The notes under the pieces: generated by a model
Seen by the model: only the letters and a program-made list of their open reading frames with translations
What the model was told of the DNA's origin: nothing
The model's database searches: none
Program-made: the position numbers and the translations under genes
In this document: in pieces, positions 23,705 to 35,753 of the stretch
How positions within the stretch are numbered: position 1 is the stretch's first letter
Layout of the letters: the number at the start of each line of letters is the position of its first letter
NCBI GenBank assembly: GCA_035193785.1
Contig: CP136572.1
Location: 3,988,578-4,052,577 of the forward strand
DNA: 64,000 nucleotides
Direction: 5' to 3'
Origin: Planktothrix sp. GU0601_MAG3
Lineage (GTDB): Bacteria > Cyanobacteriota > Cyanobacteriia > Cyanobacteriales > Microcoleaceae

Positions 23705-24611
23705 ACCCTTCTCTTCCCTCTTTAATTTCTACATCACCAAGCAGAAACTCTAATTTCTGTTTAAATAGAAAATAGTTTTCCTGTTCCTGATTATACCACC
23801 AAGCGTATTTTTGTTTGAGGGCGATCGCTTGATCACGAGTTGACGCCACTAAACTTTTATTTTGAGTTGCGTGAAATTCTTGAATCACTATTCTATCGAC
23901 AAAACTTAATTTTAAGATAAATTCGTCTTGATCTTCTGGTAAAGTTGGTAATAGTGGGGTAATTGTAATCGCAAATCTGATATCATATCCAGCCTTAAAA
24001 GGAATATTATATCTTAATTTTCCTATGGCTTGAATTCGAGATTTAATACTGGGTGATTGTGGCTCAAAATCCCGTTTTACCGCTTCACTTCCCGTAGGAA
24101 TACTTAGGTTAATTCTTAAAGTTTTAAACTGTTGTAATAAATCAATATCTCTAGTAATCATCGGACTCCGAGTTTGAATCACTAGAATCGGTTGATACTT
24201 CACCATCACCTCTAATAATTGCCTAGTTAGTTGTACTTTAGCTTCAATAGGTTGATAGGGGTCAGTGACACTACTCATATAAATACTGGGCGGTTTTTCG
24301 GGATGACGACGACACCATCTTTCCAACTCTTTTTCTAAAATTTCTGCGGCATTTTCTTTGATAATTACCCAATTTCCCCAATCTTTTCGCATCTGAGGAT
24401 TGGGACTAAAAGCCGTAGCATAACAATAACTGCATCCATATTGACAGCCTCGATAGGGATTAAGGGTAAAGTCATAATCTCGAATAAAACCCGTGGCTTT
24501 ATTTAATAAAGATTGGGCATTTTTTCCATAAATATTGACTTGACCAAATTTTTCTTTAACCAAAAATTGATGTCGAGATAACAAATCATCGGAGTAGTTG
24601 ATTTCTGACAT
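23691..24611 (-). CDS. Radical SAM protein, spore photoproduct lyase-like family
   Basis: LNPYRGCQYGCSYCYA, SSVTDPYQPIE, IQTRSP, FEP. Confidence 0.85.
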   Translation of the reverse strand: MSEINYSDDLLSRHQFLVKEKFGQVNIYGKNAQSLLNKATGFIRDYDFTLNPYRGCQYGCSYCYATAFSPNPQMRKDWGNWVIIKENAAEILEKELERWCRRHPEKPPSIYMSSVTDPYQPIEAKVQLTRQLLEVMVKYQPILVIQTRSPMITRDIDLLQQFKTLRINLSIPTGSEAVKRDFEPQSPSIKSRIQAIGKLRYNIPFKAGYDIRFAITITPLLPTLPEDQDEFILKLSFVDRIVIQEFHATQNKSLVASTRDQAIALKQKYAWWYNQEQENYFLFKQKLEFLLGDVEIKEGREGFGYD

Positions 24612-24715
24612 ACTGCAATAGAGAAGGGTTAGGAAAAAGGATATTGTAGAATGTTTAAAAATGCAATAATCAGCGTATACTAATTATTTAGGTTAATTTA
24701 CATCCCATTAATTAA

Positions 24716-25403
24716 ATGCCGAGTTTAACTGAAATCCATAGTTTGGGATTCCAAATCACATTAGTGGCCGGGTGGTTAGGTTTAATTATAGTAGTAGCAG
24801 AAGGACTAAATCGGGTTTTTGCTATTAATGCGGAAATTTCGCGTAAAATTGTTCATATTGGCACGGGAAATGTAATTCTACTGGCTTGGTGGCTGAATAT
24901 TCCAGCGTGGGTCGGAATTACGGCGAGTGTAATTTCAGGAATCATTGCCATTATTTCCCATCAAATGCCGATTCTTCCTAGTATTAATAGTGTGGGAAGA
25001 AAAAGTTTGGGAACGTTTTTTTATGCGATTAGTATTGGGGTTTTAATTGGTTGGTTTTGGACAATTAAACAACCTCAATATGCTGCTTTGGGTATTTTAA
25101 TTATGACCTGGGGGGATGGTTTAGCGGCGGTTATTGGTCAACAATGGGGTCAACACAAATATCAGGTTTTTGGTAATGGGAAAAGCTGGGAAGGTTTCCT
25201 TGACAATGCTATTTGTTAGTTTGATTATTTCCAGTTCTATTTTATTAGCAACTCAGGGAAATAATCAAATAACTTGGAGTATTTCAATAGCTGTAGCAAT
25301 TATAGCTACGGGATTAGAAAGTTTTTCAAAGTATGGAATTGATAATCTAACTGTTCCTTTAAGTAGTGCGTCACTGGCTTTTTTTATGAATCAAATTCTT
25401 TAG
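24716..25403 (+). CDS. Phytol/polyprenol kinase family membrane protein; frameshift at 25194
   Basis: SRKIVHIG, GDGLAAVIG, KSWEGS, GIDNLTVP. Confidence 0.88.
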
Positions 25404-25413
25404 ATAATGGTAG

Positions 25414-25476
25414 GGAATAGGGAATAGGGAATAGGGAATAGGGAATAGGGAATAGGGAATAGGGAATAGGGAATGG
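25414..25476. repeat. STRR (GGGAATA)n
   Basis: About 9 tandem copies. Confidence 0.9.
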
Positions 25477-25485
25477 GCAACAATA

Positions 25486-25513
25486 AATCCCCCACAGGAG
25501 TTATGGGGGATTT
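25486..25513. terminator. Hairpin between the kinase gene and putative atpT
   Basis: AAATCCCCCA-N8-TGGGGGATTT. Confidence 0.6.
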
Positions 25514-25557
25514 AAGTATATTTTCAAACACATCATAACAGTTGAACACAATTACCC

Positions 25558-25707
25558 CTAATGTTTCCAACGGGGATCTCTGTTAGGATTACCTTCAAAG
25601 GGTTGTACACCTACAGATGGGTAGGTATCATCACTAACAATAAACATCCGCCCGGCGGCTTCAGTTAAATAGGTCATCATTTCTTCAAGAGAACGTAAAA
25701 TATTCAT
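25558..25707 (-). CDS. atpT: Probable AtpTheta (Norf1), 49-aa ATP synthase inhibitor (not in ORF track)
   Basis: MNILRSLEEMMTYLTEAAGRMFIVSDDTYPSVGVQPFEGNPNRDPRWKH: amphipathic N-helix, DDxYP and GVQPF.G.P; RBS-like GGGAG; downstream hairpin. Confidence 0.7.
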   Translation of the reverse strand: MNILRSLEEMMTYLTEAAGRMFIVSDDTYPSVGVQPFEGNPNRDPRWKH

Positions 25708-25911
25708 AACTCCCAACCTCAACTCTATGATTCAGGCTTCTATACTAATCATTCTATCGAAAAAAATTAGAAGGTGTGCAGATTTGCAACATTTATTTGC
25801 ATTTTTATATTGACTAAAGTTATACTATCCGTTCAAATTGTAAGAAATACTTAATTTATTTCGGTTCGGGGTTGGGTGACAAGACCAAACCCCTAGAAAC
25901 CCGATCAAAGT

Positions 25912-26409
25912 TTAAGACTGCAATCCTTTTAAGACCTTATCGGTAAGAGCATTAATTGATTTACCGACATTTTTTTTCAATTTCCAGGCTTTGAAAGCAA
26001 CTTCATAATCCTCTCCTTCCCGTTGATAGGTTTTCCAAGCTCTGAGGGTTAAAAATAATCCCCAAGTTAAAAAGACAAAGGCTGCAAATCCGATTCCATG
26101 CCAAATCACCAGGTTAATTAAAATTAAGAAAGAGTTAACAATCCCAAATTGAATCAGATTTTGTTTTAGTCGATTTTGGCGATAGGTATTAAAGACTAAT
26201 TTTTCATTTGTTTCTTGTTTTTCTAACTTCCATTGCTGTTCAGCCAGTTCTAAATCTAGGGGAGAAATTCCTAAATCTTTGGCAATGTCTAACAATTCTT
26301 GACGAGTCATTTCCTCGTTATCTTGTTTACGACAAATTGCAATATGGAGAATTTCTTGTATATCTTCCTGTAAATAGGTCGGGGTAATTTGATGGTCTGA
26401 GTTGGTCAT
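25912..26409 (-). CDS. 2TM domain protein
   Basis: Y..EDIQEIL..A, ELLDIAKDLGIS, two TM helices. Confidence 0.8.
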   Translation of the reverse strand: MTNSDHQITPTYLQEDIQEILHIAICRKQDNEEMTRQELLDIAKDLGISPLDLELAEQQWKLEKQETNEKLVFNTYRQNRLKQNLIQFGIVNSFLILINLVIWHGIGFAAFVFLTWGLFLTLRAWKTYQREGEDYEVAFKAWKLKKNVGKSINALTDKVLKGLQS

Positions 26410-26587
26410 AGATTTTTCTGATCAAGATAAAATACAAATAGGACAAGGTTTACAGGTAATCTGCAACCCTAATAATATGAAATCTTAATCTAGCCTAACC
26501 TATCCTATCAGGGTATAGGGGGAGTTCTAGGGGCGAGATTTAAGATAAAGTTAGAAAAAGTCGGTACCGTTACCAGGAGAATCGTTC

Positions 26588-27617
26588 ATGAATCTGGTTG
26601 TACTCCAGAATGGATTAGATAATATTTCTTTTGCCATTTTGTTGATCACCCTATTGTTGTATTGGGTGGGGGCGGCATTTCCTAATATTCCCTATTTGTC
26701 GGTGTTGGGAACTGCGTCCATGGCGATCGCCAATCTCTCGATTGCCACCCTATTAGGGGCGAGATGGATCGAGGCGGGTTACTTCCCGATTAGTAATCTC
26801 TATGAATCTCTATTTTTCCTCACTTGGGGTTTAACAACCATTCATCTAATTGCCGAACAAATGAGTCGGAGCCGCTTAGTGGGGGTGGTTACTTCTCCGG
26901 TGGCGATGGGAATTGCGGCCTTTGCCACTCTGAAGTTACCGCCCCAAATGCGCATCGCTGAAACCCCTCGTCCCGGCGTTGAAGTCGAATTGGTTAATGA
27001 TGCACGTTAGCGTCATGATGTTGAGTTATGCCACGTTAATGGTGGGATCTCTGTTAGCGATCGCCTTTTTAATTCTCACCCGGGGACAGGAAATCGAATT
27101 AACTGGAAGTTCTTTAGGAACTCGAATTTCCCGAAATCATCAAAAACCCGTCAGCAATATCATCAATTACGCTCCAGAAATTCTGGCGGAGTCCCACCCC
27201 AAAGGGTTAACGACCAATGGTAATGGCGCAACGGCTGTGTTAGAGTTCGTCACAACCGACAACCCAGAATCAGTTACCAGACTTTCCCCACAGCGATTAA
27301 CTTTAGTGGAAACCATTGACAATATCAGTTATCGGATTATTGGATTAGGATTTCCCCTGTTAACCATTGGGATTATTTCCGGGGGAGTTTGGGCGAATGA
27401 AGCTTGGGGTTCCTATTGGAGTTGGGACCCGAAAGAAACTTGGGCATTAATTACTTGGTTAGTGTTTGCGGCTTATTTACACGCCAGAATTACCCGGGGT
27501 TGGCAAGGTCGAAAACCTGCCATTCTAGCCGCCGCGGGATTTGTGGTGGTCTGGGTCTGCTATTTAGGGGTTAATCTATTAGGAAAAGGTTTACATTCCT
27601 ACGGTTGGTTTTTCTAA
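26588..27617 (+). CDS. ccsA: Cytochrome c biogenesis protein CcsA; frameshift at 26960
   Basis: [34 protein letters not shown] (WWD motif), GLHSYGWF. Confidence 0.95.
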
Positions 27618-27661
27618 ATCAGTTAATCCTTAGTAAAAAATACAATTTTCAGGACATAAAT

Positions 27662-28018
27662 ATGAGCGATTTTACCTCTATTCTCGATGATGATGATGTG
27701 ATTAATACCAGCGAAAGTGCATTGATGTTTCAATGTACTTTTAAGGCTAGTGAATTCCTGTCAATTATGGAATCCAAGTTAGAGGAAGAAAATTTATTTA
27801 AGGAAGGAATTGATTGCCAAATTTTGCGTCCGGGTCAATCTTGGAAAACCGGAAAGTTTCGGATTTGTTTGGAATTTTGCCCCGATGAACCGGATGTCGA
27901 AGCTAAAGGAGGTGTCCCAACTTCTGAATATGCTTCCCCCACAATTCCCTCCGACCCTAATTCTGATCTGCCACCTTTTGTTAACCGACCTACCAAAAGT
28001 GTCGGAATGTGGAGTTAG
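27662..28018 (+). CDS. KGK domain protein
   Basis: EGIDCQILRPGQSWKTGKFRICLEFCPDEP. Confidence 0.8.
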   Translation: MSDFTSILDDDDVINTSESALMFQCTFKASEFLSIMESKLEEENLFKEGIDCQILRPGQSWKTGKFRICLEFCPDEPDVEAKGGVPTSEYASPTIPSDPNSDLPPFVNRPTKSVGMWS

Positions 28019-28048
28019 TTATTAGTTGGAAATTTAACGTATTTTATT

Positions 28049-28095
28049 AATGTTCAAAGTTCAAGAGATTTGATTTTGAATTTTGAACATTTTTT
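28049..28095 (+). terminator. Hairpin with T-tract
   Basis: AATGTTCAAAGTTCAA...TTGAATTTTGAACATT followed by a T run. Confidence 0.55.
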
Positions 28096-28255
28096 TGAAA
28101 TCCAAAATCGTAGTAAGCCCTTCAGGGCTTATTAGAGGCGTGAAACGCCTCACTACAAAATAGTTTAAGAAATAGCCAAAACCTCAAGAAAAAAAAGATC
28201 ATAATATTATGATTTTGAGTAAGATTTTTCAATCTCCTACAATATTAAGGAGTGA

Positions 28256-30125
28256 TTATTGATTTTTCTGCTGGTTCTTTTTGACTACTGCTTCATGATT
28301 TGTTTGATAAATTTTCAGTCGATCTTGACTTTCAGGATAAATAAAAGAATCTTCAGGAATAGATTCAAGTAAATTAATAGATTGTTTCCATTTTTGTTCT
28401 GCTTCTTGCCAAACACTCAGAGATTCTGGAGGATTTTGCAGCATAACCGATGCTTCCATTGCAATTTTTTTGGCATATTCTAAATCATTTGTTGCCTTTT
28501 GTTCTTTATTTAAAATTTGGCTAATGGAGTTATAATCTTTTTTATAAATTTGTAATTGTTGATTAATTTTTTGAAAGTCAGAAGAATTTTTAGGCATTGC
28601 TTCTAACATTTGAATAGCATCTTGTAATTGAGTTTGAGCTCGTTTCCAAACGGTTAGAGGATGGGGAGGATTTTCAATGATTTGCGATGCTGATAATGCT
28701 AAATTTTCGGCATTTTCTAAACTACTTTGAGGAGTTTCTGGAGTCATAAGATTTGGTTTTTCTTGCTTAGATTTAAAAGGATTAAAAATTAACAGTCCAA
28801 TTCCTCCTAATAAGATAACACCAGCAAGAACAATAATTAACTGACGAATTTGTTGTTGACGTTGTAATTCTAATTCCCGTTGACGTTGCAATTGTTTTTC
28901 CTGTTGTTGTTGTAATTCCAATTCCCGTTGACGTTGTAATTGTTTTTCCTGCTGTTGTTGTAATTCCAATTCCCGTTGACGTTGCAATTGTTTTTCCTGT
29001 TGTTGTTGTAATTCCAATTCCCGTTGACGTTGCAATTGTTTTTCCTGTTGTTGTTGTAATTCCAATTCCCGTTGACGTTGTAATTGTTTTTCCTGTTGTT
29101 GTTGTAATTCCAATTCCCGTTGACGTTGTAATTGTTTTTCCTGCTGTTGTTGTAATTCCAATTCCCGTTGACGTTGCAATTGTTTTTCCTGCTGTTGTTG
29201 TAATTCCAATTCCCGTTGACGCTGTAATTGTTTTTCCTGTTGTTGTTGTAATTCCAATTCTCGTTGACGTTGTAATTGTTTTTCCTGTTGTTGTTGTAAT
29301 TCCAATTCCCGTTGACGCTGTAATTGTTTTTCCTGTTGTTGTTGTAATTCCAATTCTCGTTGACGTTGTAATTGTTTTTCCTGTTGTTGTTGTAATTCCA
29401 ATTCCCGTTGACGTTGCAATTGTTTTTCCTGCTGTTGTTGTAATTCCAATTCCCGTTGACGCTGTAATTCTTCTTCCTGTTGACGTTTTAACTCAATTTG
29501 ATCTTGAATTAATTCCCCATACTGTTCATTTAAGCGAAAACGATAAATTTGCAAATTCTCAAAAATTGAATTAATATTTAATTCAGTCAGATCAACTGAA
29601 GGGCTATAAGATGTTAAATTAAGTGATCGCTCAAACTCCTCCAAACAACGAATTAAGCGAATCCAATCATGTTTTTTGATAAATTCTATACTATCATCTT
29701 CATCCGTCCAATTCTTTAATTCAGTTAAAATAATATCTACTAAACAGCATAGAGTATTTTGAATCCCTGGAAAATATTCAGAATTAGAATGGTTTTCTAG
29801 TAACTCAAAAACATTCAATAACAACCCGCTATCAATAGCAATCTGATTCATCAAATCCAGGCGTTTAGCATATAGAATTTTCTCTTTTTTTACAGTATCT
29901 TGATTGGCAGCCAATAAAGGCAAATGATCAATTCCCGAAAAAATTGAATGATTTCTTTTTTCGTCGTTGATTTTAGTGTTTATAGTTTTTAACTCTGGTT
30001 TAATCTCTTGTATGAATTGCAAAAAATTAGAAGAATAAATTTCAGAAACTGCCAAGAGATAATTGTATTTTTTTAGCTATATGGATTAACTGATCTTTTA
30101 ATGTTAAGACTTTTATAACATCCAT
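28256..30125 (-). CDS. Single-TM protein with Gln/Glu-rich tandem coiled coil; probable start 30125 via frameshift at 30045
   Basis: ATG 30125 comes into frame after GAAAC->GAAC at 30045; TM LIIVLAGVILLGGIGLLIF; C-terminal W..A...W..AI.LL helical repeats. Confidence 0.7.
28858..29470 (-). repeat. 48-bp coding VNTR, 12 full copies plus a partial (LQRQRELELQQQQEKQ)
   Basis: TTTTTCCTG recurs every 48 bp from about 28895 to 29423. Confidence 0.95.
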
Positions 30126-30235
30126 ATATTTTGTCCCAATAGGTGTTTTTAATAGAATTAGCTATGGCATTATAACAAAATCAAAGGCTTACTGTAGAGA
30201 TCCTAACCTCTCTCTACAGTAAACATGGTTATAAA

Positions 30236-31435
<1,200 letters not shown>

Positions 31436-31451
31436 TTATCAGGAAAGGGGG

Positions 31452-32043
31452 TCAAATTTTTACCTCCTCCGCGAAACTTGTCCAGCGCACGAACTGAAAT
31501 GGCCCCGCTAAGGCGCCCCACAGTTGTTCATCGGTTTCGGGGTCGTGTCCTCGGTCATGACTAATAAAGTGGTGTTCGTCGATTTCAAATTCACTCGCTA
31601 AATAGGTGACCTTCCCTTTGCGTTTCCACCATACATCCTTTCCCTGGTTCGACTTCCCCTTTAAAACCCTGTCCTGTCCAATGAGTAATAAAAGAACATT
31701 GTTCCATTTTTTTCAATCGTTCTTTTGTTAACCCTTGAAGTCGTTCGGGTTCCCGGGATGCACCATAAAATTCGGCTTCATTTTCAATCACATAATTCTC
31801 AATTTCAATGTGATTTTCCACCACCACTAATTTTAATACCCGCACCCGATAGGGTTGTTTTAAATTAATATCATAGGCCTGTTCTAAATACAAGCTCACC
31901 TCATCTAATAATTCCGTTGGTAGGGGACGCATACAGACGCGAATATGGGCAAAAAACGGCGGGTTTTCAAAGGCTTGGGCTTGGTTACTGAAGTCCGCCG
32001 CCATTAATTGTGCTAGTTTGACAATATCAGTGGAATGAGTCAT
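31452..32043 (-). CDS. cpcT: CpcT/CpeT phycobiliprotein lyase; frameshift at 31622
   Basis: ADFSNQAQAFENPPFFAHI, EQAYD..PYR; corrected tail DRGHDPETDEQLWG. Confidence 0.88.
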
Positions 32044-32045
32044 AA

Positions 32046-32327
32046 CTAAATTCGATTGAGATTAGATAAATAATTCAAAATCAAAGTTATCATAATATCA
32101 CTATCTATATTGTGGTTGATATCGGCGGATAAATTACATCCCGCACTTCGTCGGCGTGTTCTTTTAAGCCTACCCCAATCTGGCGGTGTCCCATTGGCAC
32201 TAATATGATCCGTTACCGCTAAAGAATCCTGAAGCGATTTTTTTTGCCCACAGCTTAAGCTAGGATGTAAATATCCGTAAGCCAGTAGGCTGGCATCCAA
32301 TAATTGATATACCTTCTCTCTACACAT
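32046..32327 (-). CDS. Possible small hypothetical protein
   Basis: 93-aa ORF ending 2 nt upstream of cpcT on the same strand; no recognised motif. Confidence 0.35.
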   Translation of the reverse strand: MCREKVYQLLDASLLAYGYLHPSLSCGQKKSLQDSLAVTDHISANGTPPDWGRLKRTRRRSAGCNLSADINHNIDSDIMITLILNYLSNLNRI

Positions 32328-32383
32328 CTATAGACGGTGGGGGGAGGGTATTATAGTTTTTGAGTATTTATTGCCCACCCGAT

Positions 32384-33575
32384 TCAACTTCGTTCTAAAC
32401 TGAATAATAGAAACTCAGTTCCATCATTTTGACGATTTAAAATCACTAAACTTTGACTTCCATCGGGTAAACGAGATCCTAGGGTCATTCCGGTTAAATT
32501 GGGAACAGTTATTCCTATGTCTTGTAAATCTAATAATAGTTTTTTTCCCACGGGTTGGATTTTGCTTAAGTCTCCTTTTAAACTCGCAATTCGGGAGGTG
32601 TCCGTTGCATTTCCGGTGAATAATTGATAAATTTTTCCACTGTCTCCCGATTGTTCTAAACTCAGAAAAATTCCGCCTTGACCTGCTACAATATTAACTA
32701 AATTTTGAGAGGTTTTATCCAAAAGATACAGGGTTTCTGAAACCAAAAAAGAGGCTCGATCTGCAATTACATAATGTAATAATCTTAATTTAGTTTCATC
32801 CTCTGGATCTCGATCTTGAATTAATGGTTTTTCGGTGACAGTAAATAAACGAAAGGGATCTCGACCATCGGGACTAAAGCCATCGGGAGAAATAGTTAAA
32901 GCTTTAAAGCCGAATTGGGGTTTCTATTCCTCGAATTTGCTCAGAGTCCTTGAATTGAGGAAGATAAAAGGAGGAAAGGGGAACTGTATTTTTCAGTTGT
33001 CCGGTTGTTAAATTATATTCAGCAATGGATGGAGGAAGATCGGAATTTTCTAAATTTTTTGTTGAAATAAAAACGGAATTTCTAGGAGAAAAGGCAATAC
33101 TCTCGGGATAAATTTCGGTGTCAGATAGGGGTTGATTTTGTTGATTTTTGAGGATAGTTGAATTTTCTAGGGTGATATTTTTGAAATCCCCAGACCCAGA
33201 AGGGTTTAAATCTAATTTGATTGTCTGGATTTTTGCGGAAGCATCGGTTAACCCATAAAACCTAACGCCTTCATCCGTTGGGCTTCCATAACCGGGTATT
33301 TTATAGGTTAGGGATGAAAAACTACCGACGGGTTGATCATTAAATATAATGGATTTTGAGAGTTCATAATTCCCTAAAAAGTTTAGAGATAAATCAACAA
33401 AAATTCGAGATTCCGCCGATACTTGGGGAATGGAGCAGACTGTTAAAAAGATAAAGCTACAGCCTAAAACCATCAGACTTTGAACCCATTTTTTCCAAAC
33501 TCTCAACTTTTTTTCCTCCCTAACGCTCAGATTCTGATTATCCCATATTATTCCTTTTTCGGTCAATTCGGCCAA
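32384..33575 (-). CDS. Esterase-like/phytase-like family protein; frameshift at 32920; start uncertain
   Basis: YPESIAF, GFKALTISPDG, GMTLGSRLPDGSQSLV, TEFLLF; two track ORFs join. Confidence 0.75.
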
Positions 33576-33659
33576 GCAAAACTGATTTGATGGTTTGCAA
33601 AAGGATAAAAATAGTTATACAATAATAGATTATATTTTAAATATTAAGGCTCTAGTTTT

Positions 33660-34985
33660 ATGATTAATCTAAAAACTCGCAGTATTCAAAGACTAAACTT
33701 TATTTTAATCCCGGTTTTTATCCTATTATCAGGTTGGGTTAATCTGGAAGTTGCGATCGCTCAAAAAACCAAACAAACCGAACCAGAAAAACCTCTCCTA
33801 GATGATTTTTCCCCTAACCCATTATTTAGCAAAGATCCCGATCCTTTAATTCCTTCTCCTCCCCCCGATGGTCAAGTTTTAGGTCAAAGTCAACAGCAAA
33901 TATTAGAACCAGAATTAGTTAAACTGAATGCGGAAGCTACAGCATTATTAGCTGCGGGAAATATTCCGGGTGCTTTTGAATTATGGAATCGAGAGTTAAG
34001 AATTAGGCGTTATTTTGGATTATTTCAAGAAATTGCAGCTTTAAACCGCGTCGGGTTAATTGCTTGGAATAATAGTCAAAGATTATATATAAAATTTATC
34101 ACAGAACGTCTGGAGCAAATTTCACAAAAACTCAATACAGAAAAGATTAATGATCTTAAATTATGGGAATTATTGGGATTAGCATTTAAGAATGTTAGGG
34201 CTAAAAATTCAGCTTTAAGCCTATATCAACAATTATTAGAAACGGCAAATAAAAGTCAAGATAGTTTAGCAGAAGAACAATATTTTAATGAAATTGCTCA
34301 AATTTATATGATGTGGTTAGACTATCCCAACGCCGCAGAAACCTATGAAAAATTATTAGAATTACAACAGGAAATCCGCGGCATTAAAGGGGATATTCTA
34401 CCGCCTCAACCCCAACCCGCTACACCGGAAAATCCTAACCCCACACCCCCACCAACTGAAGTGCGATCGCTGCAACAGTTGGCTTTTATTTATGAACAAA
34501 TGGGAGAATATTTAAAGGCTATTTCTGTTAAAGAAAGATTGGCTGGATATTATGCAAATCAGCAAAATTTATTACCAATTCCAGAAATTAAATTAGGTAT
34601 TGGTTGGAATTATGAAAAATTAGGACAATTTGAACAAGCGGGAGCAACCTATCAAGAAGCATACGGTATTGCTACTTCAATTCAACAGTTTGATAACGCC
34701 AGTGAAGCACTAGGGAGACTCGGTAAACTCTATCGGTCTCAAAATCAAATTAAAACCGCTTTAGACATTTATCAAGCCCAGGTTTTAGTCAATCAACAGG
34801 CTTATAATTATTATGGGATGATGAATGCTTATGATCAAATAGGGGATATTTATTTATCACAAAAAGCCTATCAATCTGCGATCGCCGCCTTCCAACAGGG
34901 ATTAGCCTTAGCACAACAGTTAAAATATCGAGAGGATTATTTTGTTAAAAAAATTGATCTTGCTACTCGTCAAATGAATCGTTAA
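33660..34985 (+). CDS. TPR protein with signal peptide
   Basis: Hydrophobic N-terminus ending VAIAQ; multiple TPR-like helices. Confidence 0.8.
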   Translation: MINLKTRSIQRLNFILIPVFILLSGWVNLEVAIAQKTKQTEPEKPLLDDFSPNPLFSKDPDPLIPSPPPDGQVLGQSQQQILEPELVKLNAEATALLAAGNIPGAFELWNRELRIRRYFGLFQEIAALNRVGLIAWNNSQRLYIKFITERLEQISQKLNTEKINDLKLWELLGLAFKNVRAKNSALSLYQQLLETANKSQDSLAEEQYFNEIAQIYMMWLDYPNAAETYEKLLELQQEIRGIKGDILPPQPQPATPENPNPTPPPTEVRSLQQLAFIYEQMGEYLKAISVKERLAGYYANQQNLLPIPEIKLGIGWNYEKLGQFEQAGATYQEAYGIATSIQQFDNASEALGRLGKLYRSQNQIKTALDIYQAQVLVNQQAYNYYGMMNAYDQIGDIYLSQKAYQSAIAAFQQGLALAQQLKYREDYFVKKIDLATRQMNR

Positions 34986-35059
34986 ATTTTAGTAGAATTT
35001 GGTATTAGGTACGCCCAAAAATCCAGGATTTCGGCTTTATTCCTGTATTTTTGGTTGCT

Positions 35060-35704
35060 TCAAATCAAAGCAATATTATCCTGAATATCCTCAATCCAAT
35101 TAAAAATAGGTTCATCGGGATGAAGATGATATATTTCCATATATAACTCTCTAACTAACTGTTGAACAACGGTTTTTTGGATCTTTTCCGAATTATTATT
35201 ATCAACAATCATCAAGATCATTTCTGTAGTTTTAGTTCCATCTAAAGCAGGTAAAATATAAATAATATCTTGTAATTCTTTTGCACCCAACCGTTTATAA
35301 AAAGCAATTCTACGCTGCTTTAATTCTCGATGGTCGCCAAAATCAGGATGTTCAACTTCTAAAACTAAGGTTTGAGACTCTTTTTTAACTAAAAATATCA
35401 GATAATTCAGAAATTGAGAACCGATTTTAATATTTCTTAAATGGGGGACTGTTGCTAAATAAGCTAATAAAATAAAATTGGAACCAGGAAGGGGATATAA
35501 AATTGATATTAGGGCAAATTCTTGCTGAAAATAACCCAACCAGAGTTGAGTTTTTTGATTTAAAATTCCTTCCCGTATCCGAGATGTTGGAATTCTTTCT
35601 GGAGATAGAAATGTTTCTTCATAAAGTGCGATCGCAGTCTCAAAATCGGGATGATCAATATTTTGAATCTGCTTAAATTCAATTTGAGAATTAGTTGGGT
35701 ACAT
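35060..35704 (-). CDS. GNAT family acetyltransferase
   Basis: LLAYLATVPHLRNIKIGSQ, LEVE, RRIAFYKRLG. Confidence 0.85.
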   Translation of the reverse strand: MYPTNSQIEFKQIQNIDHPDFETAIALYEETFLSPERIPTSRIREGILNQKTQLWLGYFQQEFALISILYPLPGSNFILLAYLATVPHLRNIKIGSQFLNYLIFLVKKESQTLVLEVEHPDFGDHRELKQRRIAFYKRLGAKELQDIIYILPALDGTKTTEMILMIVDNNNSEKIQKTVVQQLVRELYMEIYHLHPDEPIFNWIEDIQDNIALI

Positions 35705-35753
35705 AGGATATTTTAGTTTAACTTAATTTCGGGATTGAATATATTATGACTCC

